From Auanema rhodensis (Eukaryota; Animalia; Nematoda): 64,000 nt of DNA. The position numbers and the translations under genes are program-made. Below the pieces are notes generated by a model. The model searched no databases. It worked only from the letters and a program-made list of their open reading frames with translations, and was not told the origin of the DNA. Every line of letters begins with the position of its first letter. Position 1 is the stretch's first letter. Shown piece by piece: positions 55,831 through 64,000 of this stretch. Where the stretch lies: positions 2,852,001 to 2,916,000 of the forward strand of contig OZ059900.1 of assembly GCA_964057225.1 (NCBI GenBank), in the 5' to 3' direction.

Positions 55831-58800
55831 TTAAGATTCGAGAATCAAACACATAATACACGAAATAAGTCTATTTTTATGAGTTTGCACTGATATTTAT
55901 TCATTTTGATCAAAAAAGGTCGAAAATAGAAAGAATTTTTGAATTTTCCGAGTTTTGAGTCCAATTGGGCTAAATCGCTCATATATATGATCAAAAGCAT
56001 AGTTTTACTGTCTATGATAACAAAAGTCTTCAAATATACACTAATAATGATTTAATCACTGAATTTCACTCAAATAGCATTACTACACTAAGTATGGTCG
56101 TTTTTATGCCTTTAACACCATATACTCACCGATTTTTGGTACAAAATCTGTGATACTCGTAAATTTTGATCATGTTCGGTGAGATTCGAGAATCAAACAC
56201 ACAATACACGAAATAAGTTTATTTTTACGAGTTTGCACTGATATTTATTCATTTTTATCAAAAAAGGTCGAAAATAGAAAGAATTTTTGAAATTTCCGAG
56301 TTTTGAGTCTAATTTGGCTAAATCGCTCATATATATGATCAAAAGCATAGTTTTACTGTCTATGATAACAAAAGTCTTCAAATATACACTAATAATGATT
56401 TAATCACTGAATTTCACTCAAATAGCATTACTACACTAAGTATGGTCGTTTTTATGCCTTTAACACCATATACTCACCGATTTTTGGTACAAAATCTGTA
56501 ATACTCGTAAATTTTGATCATATTCGTTAAGATTTGAGAATCAAACATACAATACACAAAATCAGTCTATTTTTATGAGCTTGCACTGATATATATTCAT
56601 TTTGATCAAAAAAGGTCGAAAATAGAAAGAATTTTTGAAATTTCCGAGTTTTGAGTCTAATTTGGCTAAATCGCTCATATACATGATCAGAAGCATAGTT
56701 TTACTGTCTATGATAACAAAAGTCTTCAAATATACACTAATAATGATTAAATCACTGAATTTCACTCAAATAGCATTACTACACTAAGTATGGTCGTTTT
56801 TATGCCTTTAACACCATATACTCACCGATTTTTGGTACAAAATCTGTAATACTTGTAAATTTTGATCATATTTGTTAAGATTCGAGAATCAAACACATAA
56901 TACACGAAATAAGTCTATTTTTATGAGTTTGCACTGATATTTATTCATTTTGATCAAAAAAGGTCGAAAATAGAAAGAATTTTTGAATTTTCCGAGTTTT
57001 GAGTCCAATTGGGCTAAATCGCTCATATATATGATCAAAAGCATAGTTTTACTGTCTATGATAACAAAAGTCTTCAAATATACACTAATAATGATTTAAT
57101 CACTGAATTTCACTCAAATAGCATTACTACACTAAGTATGGTCGTTTTTATGCCTTTAACACCATATACTCACCGATTTTTGGTACAAAATCTGTAATAC
57201 TTGTAAATTTTGATCATATTCGTTAAGATTCGAGAATCAAACACATAATACACGAAATAAGTCTATTTTTATGAGTTTGCACTGATATTTATTCATTTTG
57301 ATCAAAAAAGGTCGAAAATAGAAAGAATTTTTGAATTTTCCGAGTTTTGAGTCCAATTGGGCTAAATCGCTCATATATATGATCAGAAGCATAGTTTTAT
57401 TGTCTATGACAACAAAAATCATCAATTAAACGCTAGTGATGTTTAAATACTGATTTTCGCTCAAATAGCATTACTACACTAAGTATGGTCGTTTTTATGC
57501 CTTTAACACCATATACTCACCGATTTTTGGTACAAAATCTGTAATACTTGTAAATTTTGATCATATTCGTTAAGATTCGAGAATCAAACACATAATACAC
57601 GAAATAAGTCTATTTTTATGAGTTTGCACTGATATTTATTCATTTTGATCAAAAAAGGTCGAAAATAGAAAGAATTTTTGAATTTTCCGAGTTTTGAGTC
57701 CAATTGGGCTAAATCGCTCATATATATGATCAAAAGCATAGTTTTACTGTCTATGATAACAAAAGTCTTCAAATATACACTAATAATGATTTAATCACTG
57801 AATTTCACTCAAATAGCATTACTACACTAAGTATGGTCGTTTTTATGCCTTTAACACCATATACTCACCGATTTTTGGTACAAAATCTGTAATACTTGTA
57901 AATTTTGATCATATTCGTTAAGATTCGAGAATCAAACACATAATACACGAAATAAGTCTATTTTTATGAGTTTGCACTGATATTTATTCATTTTGATCAA
58001 AAAAGGTCGAAAATAGAAAGAATTTTTGAATTTTCCGAGTTTTGAGTCCAATTGGGCTAAATCGCTCATATATATGATCAAAAGCATAGTTTTACTGTCT
58101 ATGATAACAAAAGTCTTCAAATATACACTAATAATGATTTAATCACTGAATTTCACTCAAATAGCATTACTACACTAAGTATGGTCGTTTTTATGCCTTT
58201 AACACCATATACTCACCGATTTTTGGTACAAAATCTGTAATACTTGTAAATTTTGATCATATTCGTTAAGATTCGAGAATCAAACACATAATACACGAAA
58301 TAAGTCTATTTTTATGAGTTTGCACTGATATTTATTCATTTTGATCAAAAAAGGTCGAAAATAGAAAGAATTTTTGAATTTTCCGAGTTTTGAGTCCAAT
58401 TGGGCTAAATCGCTCATATATATGATCAAAAGCATAGTTTTACTGTCTATGATAACAAAAGTCTTCAAATATACACTAATAATGATTTAATCACTGAATT
58501 TCACTCAAATAGCATTACTACACTAAGTATGGTCGTTTTTATGCCTTTAACACCATATACTCACCGATTTTTGGTACAAAATCTGTAATACTTGTAAATT
58601 TTGATCATATTCGTTAAGATTCGAGAATCAAACACATAATACACGAAATAAGTCTATTTTTATGAGTTTGCACTGATATTTATTCATTTTGATCAAAAAA
58701 GGTCGAAAATAGAAAGAATTTTTGAATTTTCCGAGTTTTGAGTCCAATTGGGCTAAATCGCTCATATATATGATCAAAAGCATAGTTTTACTGTCTATGA

Positions 58801-61800
58801 TAACAAAAGTCTTCAAATATACACTAATAATGATTTAATCACTGAATTTCACTCAAATAGCATTACTACACTAAGTATGGTCGTTTTTATGCCTTTAACA
58901 CCATATACTCACCGATTTTTGGTACAAAATCTGTGATACTCGTAAATTTTGATCATGTTCGGTGAGATTCGAGAATCAAACACACAATACACGAAATAAG
59001 TTTATTTTTACGAGTTTGCACTGATATTTATTCATTTTTATCAAAAAAGGTCGAAAATAGAAAGAATTTTTGAAATTTCCGAGTTTTGAGTCTAATTTGG
59101 CTAAATCGCTCATATATATGATCAAAAGCATAGTTTTACTGTCTATGATAACAAAAGTCTTCAAATATACACTAATAATGATTTAATCACTGAATTTCAC
59201 TCAAATAGCATTACTACACTAAGTATGGTCGTTTTTATGCCTTTAACACCATATACTCACCGATTTTTGGTACAAAATCTGTAATACTCGTAAATTTTGA
59301 TCATATTCGTTAAGATTTGAGAATCAAACATACAATACACAAAATCAGTCTATTTTTATGAGCTTGCACTGATATATATTCATTTTGATCAAAAAAGGTC
59401 GAAAATAGAAAGAATTTTTGAAATTTCCGAGTTTTGAGTCTAATTTGGCTAAATCGCTCATATACATGATCAGAAGCATAGTTTTACTGTCTATGATAAC
59501 AAAAGTCTTCAAATATACACTAATAATGATTAAATCACTGAATTTCACTCAAATAGCATTACTACACTAAGTATGGTCGTTTTTATGCCTTTAACACCAT
59601 ATACTCACCGATTTTTGGTACAAAATCTGTAATACTTGTAAATTTTGATCATATTTGTTAAGATTCGAGAATCAAACACATAATACACGAAATAAGTCTA
59701 TTTTTATGAGTTTGCACTGATATTTATTCATTTTGATCAAAAAAGGTCGAAAATAGAAAGAATTTTTGAATTTTCCGAGTTTTGAGTCCAATTGGGCTAA
59801 ATCGCTCATATATATGATCAAAAGCATAGTTTTACTGTCTATGATAACAAAAGTCTTCAAATATACACTAATAATGATTTAATCACTGAATTTCACTCAA
59901 ATAGCATTACTACACTAAGTATGGTCGTTTTTATGCCTTTAACACCATATACTCACCGATTTTTGGTACAAAATCTGTAATACTTGTAAATTTTGATCAT
60001 ATTCGTTAAGATTCGAGAATCAAACACATAATACACGAAATAAGTCTATTTTTATGAGTTTGCACTGATATTTATTCATTTTGATCAAAAAAGGTCGAAA
60101 ATAGAAAGAATTTTTGAATTTTCCGAGTTTTGAGTCCAATTGGGCTAAATCGCTCATATATATGATCAGAAGCATAGTTTTATTGTCTATGACAACAAAA
60201 ATCATCAATTAAACGCTAGTGATGTTTAAATACTGATTTTCGCTCAAATAGCATTACTACACTAAGTATGGTCGTTTTTATGCCTTTAACACCATATACT
60301 CACCGATTTTTGGTACAAAATCTGTAATACTTGTAAATTTTGATCATATTCGTTAAGATTCGAGAATCAAACACATAATACACGAAATAAGTCTATTTTT
60401 ATGAGTTTGCACTGATATTTATTCATTTTGATCAAAAAAGGTCGAAAATAGAAAGAATTTTTGAATTTTCCGAGTTTTGAGTCCAATTGGGCTAAATCGC
60501 TCATATATATGATCAAAAGCATAGTTTTACTGTCTATGATAACAAAAGTCTTCAAATATACACTAATAATGATTTAATCACTGAATTTCACTCAAATAGC
60601 ATTACTACACTAAGTATGGTCGTTTTTATGCCTTTAACACCATATACTCACCGATTTTTGGTACAAAATCTGTAATACTTGTAAATTTTGATCATATTCG
60701 TTAAGATTCGAGAATCAAACACATAATACACGAAATAAGTCTATTTTTATGAGTTTGCACTGATATTTATTCATTTTGATCAAAAAAGGTCGAAAATAGA
60801 AAGAATTTTTGAATTTTCCGAGTTTTGAGTCCAATTGGGCTAAATCGCTCATATATATGATCAAAAGCATAGTTTTACTGTCTATGATAACAAAAGTCTT
60901 CAAATATACACTAATAATGATTTAATCACTGAATTTCACTCAAATAGCATTACTACACTAAGTATGGTCGTTTTTATGCCTTTAACACCATATACTCACC
61001 GATTTTTGGTACAAAATCTGTAATACTTGTAAATTTTGATCATATTCGTTAAGATTCGAGAATCAAACACATAATACACGAAATAAGTCTATTTTTATGA
61101 GTTTGCACTGATATTTATTCATTTTGATCAAAAAAGGTCGAAAATAGAAAGAATTTTTGAATTTTCCGAGTTTTGAGTCCAATTGGGCTAAATCGCTCAT
61201 ATATATGATCAAAAGCATAGTTTTACTGTCTATGATAACAAAAGTCTTCAAATATACACTAATAATGATTTAATCACTGAATTTCACTCAAATAGCATTA
61301 CTACACTAAGTATGGTCGTTTTTATGCCTTTAACACCATATACTCACCGATTTTTGGTACAAAATCTGTGATACTCGTAAATTTTGATCATGTTCGGTGA
61401 GATTCGAGAATCAAACACACAATACACGAAATAAGTTTATTTTTACGAGTTTGCACTGATATTTATTCATTTTTATCAAAAAAGGTCGAAAATAGAAAGA
61501 ATTTTTGAAATTTCCGAGTTTTGAGTCTAATTTGGCTAAATCGCTCATATATATGATCAAAAGCATAGTTTTACTGTCTATGATAACAAAAGTCTTCAAA
61601 TATACACTAATAATGATTTAATCACTGAATTTCACTCAAATAGCATTACTACACTAAGTATGGTCGTTTTTATGCCTTTAACACCATATACTCACCGATT
61701 TTTGGTACAAAATCTGTAATACTCGTAAATTTTGATCATATTCGTTAAGATTTGAGAATCAAACATACAATACACAAAATCAGTCTATTTTTATGAGCTT

Positions 61801-62106
61801 GCACTGATATATATTCATTTTGATCAAAAAAGGTCGAAAATAGAAAGAATTTTTGAAATTTCCGAGTTTTGAGTCTAATTTGGCTAAATCGCTCATATAT
61901 ATGATCAAAAGCATAGTTTTACTGTCTATGATAACAAAAGTCTTCAAATATACACTAATAATGATTAAATCACTGAATTTCACTCAAATAGCATTACTAC
62001 ACTAAGTATGGTCGTTTTTATGCCTTTAACACCATATACTCACCGATTTTTGGTACAAAATCTGTAATACTTGTAAATTTTGATCATATTTGTTAAGATT
62101 CGAGAA
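54454..62106. repeat. 7-mer / 8-mer / 7-mer HOR run (2435, 2783, 2435 bp)
   Basis: Units start at 54454, 56889 and 59672, with marker monomers at 54802/57237/60020 and 56193/58976/61411. The middle unit has one extra copy of the repeated internal monomer. Confidence 0.9.
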
Positions 62107-64000
62107 TCAAACACATAATACACGAAATAAGTCTATTTTTACAAGTTTGCACTGATATTTATTCATTTTGATCAAAAAAGGTCGAAAATAGAAAGAATTT
62201 TTGAAATTTCCGAGTTTTGAGTCCAATTTGGCTAAATCGCTCATATATAAGATCAAAAGCATAGTTTTATTGTCTATAACAACAAAAGTCATCAATTAAA
62301 CGCTTGTGATGTTTAAATACTGAATTTCGCTCAAATAGCATTACTACACTAAGTATGGTCGTTTTTATGCCTTTAACACCATATACTCACCGATTTTTGG
62401 TACAAAATCTGTAATACTCGTAAATTTTGATCATATTTGTTAAGATTTGAGAATCAAACATACAATACACAAAATCAGTCTATTTTTATGAGCTTGCACT
62501 GATATATATTCATTTTGATCAAAAAAGGTCGAAAATAGAAAGAATTTTTGAAATTTCCGAGTTTTGAGTCTAATTTGGCTAAATCGCTCATATATATGAT
62601 CAGAAGCATAGTTTTATTGTCTATGACAACAAAAGTCATCAATTAAACGCTAGTGATGTTTAAATACTGATTTTCGCTCAAATAGCATTACTACACTAAG
62701 TATGGTCGTTTTTATGCCTTTAACACCATATACTCACCGATTTTTGGTACAAAATCTGTAATACTCGTAAATTTTGATCATATTCGTTAAGATTTGAAAA
62801 TCAAACACACAATAAACAAAATCAGTCTATTTTTATGAGTTTGCACTGATATATATTCATTTTGATCAAAAAAGGTCGAAAATAGAAAGAATTTTTGAAA
62901 TTTCCGAGTTTTGAGTCTAATTTGGCTAAATCGCTCATATATATGATCAAAAGCATAGTTTTACTGTCTATGATAACAAAAGTCTTCAAATATACACTAA
63001 TAATGTGTAAATCACTGAATTTCACTCAAATAGCTTTACTACACTAAGTATGGTCGTTTTTATGCCTTTAACACCATATACTCACCGATTTTTGGTACAA
63101 AATCTGTAATACTTGTAAATTTTGATCATATTCGTTAAGATTCGAGAATCAAACATACAATACACAAAATCAGTCTATTTTTATGAGCTTGCACTGATAT
63201 ATATTCATTTTGATCAAAAAAGGTCGAAAATAGAAAGAATTTTTGAAATTTACGAGTTTTGAGTCTAATTTGGCTAAATCGCTCATATATATGATCAAAA
63301 GCATAGTTTTACTGTCTATGATAACAAAAGTCTTCAAATATACACTAATAATGATTAAATCACTGAATTTCACTCAAATAGCATTACTACACTAAGTATG
63401 GTCGTTTTTATGCCTTTAACACCATATACTCACCAATTTTTGGTACAAAATCTGTGATACTCGTAAATTTTGATCATATTCGGTGAGATTCGAGAATCAA
63501 ACACACAATACACGAAATAAGTTTATTTTTACGAGTTTGCACTGATATTTATTCATTTTGATCAATAAAGGTCGAAAATAGAAAGAATTTTTGAAATTTA
63601 CGAGTTTTGAGTCTAATTTGGCTAAATCGCTCATATATATGATCAGAAGCATAGTTTTTTTGTCTATGACAACAAAAGTCATTAGTTAAACACTAATGAT
63701 GTTTAAATCACTAAATTTCGCTCAAATAGCATTACTACACTAAGTATGGTCGTTTTTATGCCTTTAACACCATATACTCACCGATTTTTGGTACAAAATC
63801 TGTAATACTTGTAAATTTTGATCATATTCGTTAAGATTCGAGAATCAAACACATAATACCCGAAATAAGTCTATTTTTATGAGTTTGCACTGATATTTAT
63901 TCATTTTGATCAAAAAAGGTCGAAAATAGAAAGAATTTTTGAATTTTCCGAGTTTTGAGTCCAATTGGGCTAAATCGCTCATATATATGATCAAAAGCAT
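62050..64000. repeat. Diverged copy of the block at ~44660-46610 (offset 17392 bp = 50 monomers)
   Basis: ORF pairs 44715/62107, 45430/62822, 45778/63170, 46105/63497. The rare allele tttgaaaatcaaacacacaataaac was seen only near 45401 and 62793. Confidence 0.85.

Larger units (their letters stand above)
1..64000. repeat. Tandem satellite DNA array, 347/348-bp AT-rich monomer, ~184 head-to-tail copies, single orientation
   Basis: The same motifs (e.g. tactacactaagtatggtcgtttttatgcctttaacaccatatactcaccgatttttggtacaaaatctgt; ttttgatcaaaaaaggtcgaaaatagaaagaattttt) recur every 347-348 bp from end to end. ORF-track coordinates step by 347/348 (910, 1258, 1606, ...). No foreign sequence seen. Confidence 0.99.

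Noticed and set aside
910-63682. Array of 61-89-aa minus-strand ORFs (MKFSDL.../MMTFVV...) as a tandem gene family or variable-peptide system
   Set aside because: They are one frame of the satellite repeated once per monomer. Starts are inconsistent and often TTG/GTG, stops are polymorphic, many variants change amino acids, residue composition reflects AT-rich codons, and I recognise no domain. Ribo-seq or proteomics would be needed to revive the idea.
1-64000. CRISPR-like or cassette array (constant segments alternating with variable ones)
   Set aside because: The variable parts are homologous alleles differing by a few substitutions, not unique spacers. The period is 348 bp, and there are no cas, integrase or recombinase genes.

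Overview
The whole 64-kb window is one uninterrupted head-to-tail array of an AT-rich satellite DNA. The monomer is 347/348 bp, about 29% GC by hand count of monomer 1, with about 184 copies in one orientation. I saw no insertions, inversions, genes or transposons. It looks like the interior of a eukaryotic centromeric, pericentromeric or other heterochromatic array, but I cannot name the family or host from sequence alone. The short minus-strand ORFs in the track are the same chance frame repeated once per monomer, not genes; they are useful only as monomer-type barcodes. The interesting structure is internal. (1) Three domains with nested higher-order repeats (HORs): 3, 5, 6, 7, 8, 9, 11, 16, 17 and 19 monomers, plus older ~17.4-kb and ~21-kb echoes. 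(2) Monomers are mosaics of a few haplotype blocks joined at near-invariant segments. (3) The monomer appears to be a degenerate dimer of ~170-180-bp halves. (4) Polymorphism is strongly CpG-to-TpG/CpA, yet a subset of CpGs is spared. (5) Short dyad symmetries and phased A-tracts are dense. I found no support for a novel protein-coding or CRISPR-like system. Duplication boundaries were read by eye and are approximate; offsets come from the ORF coordinates and marker positions.
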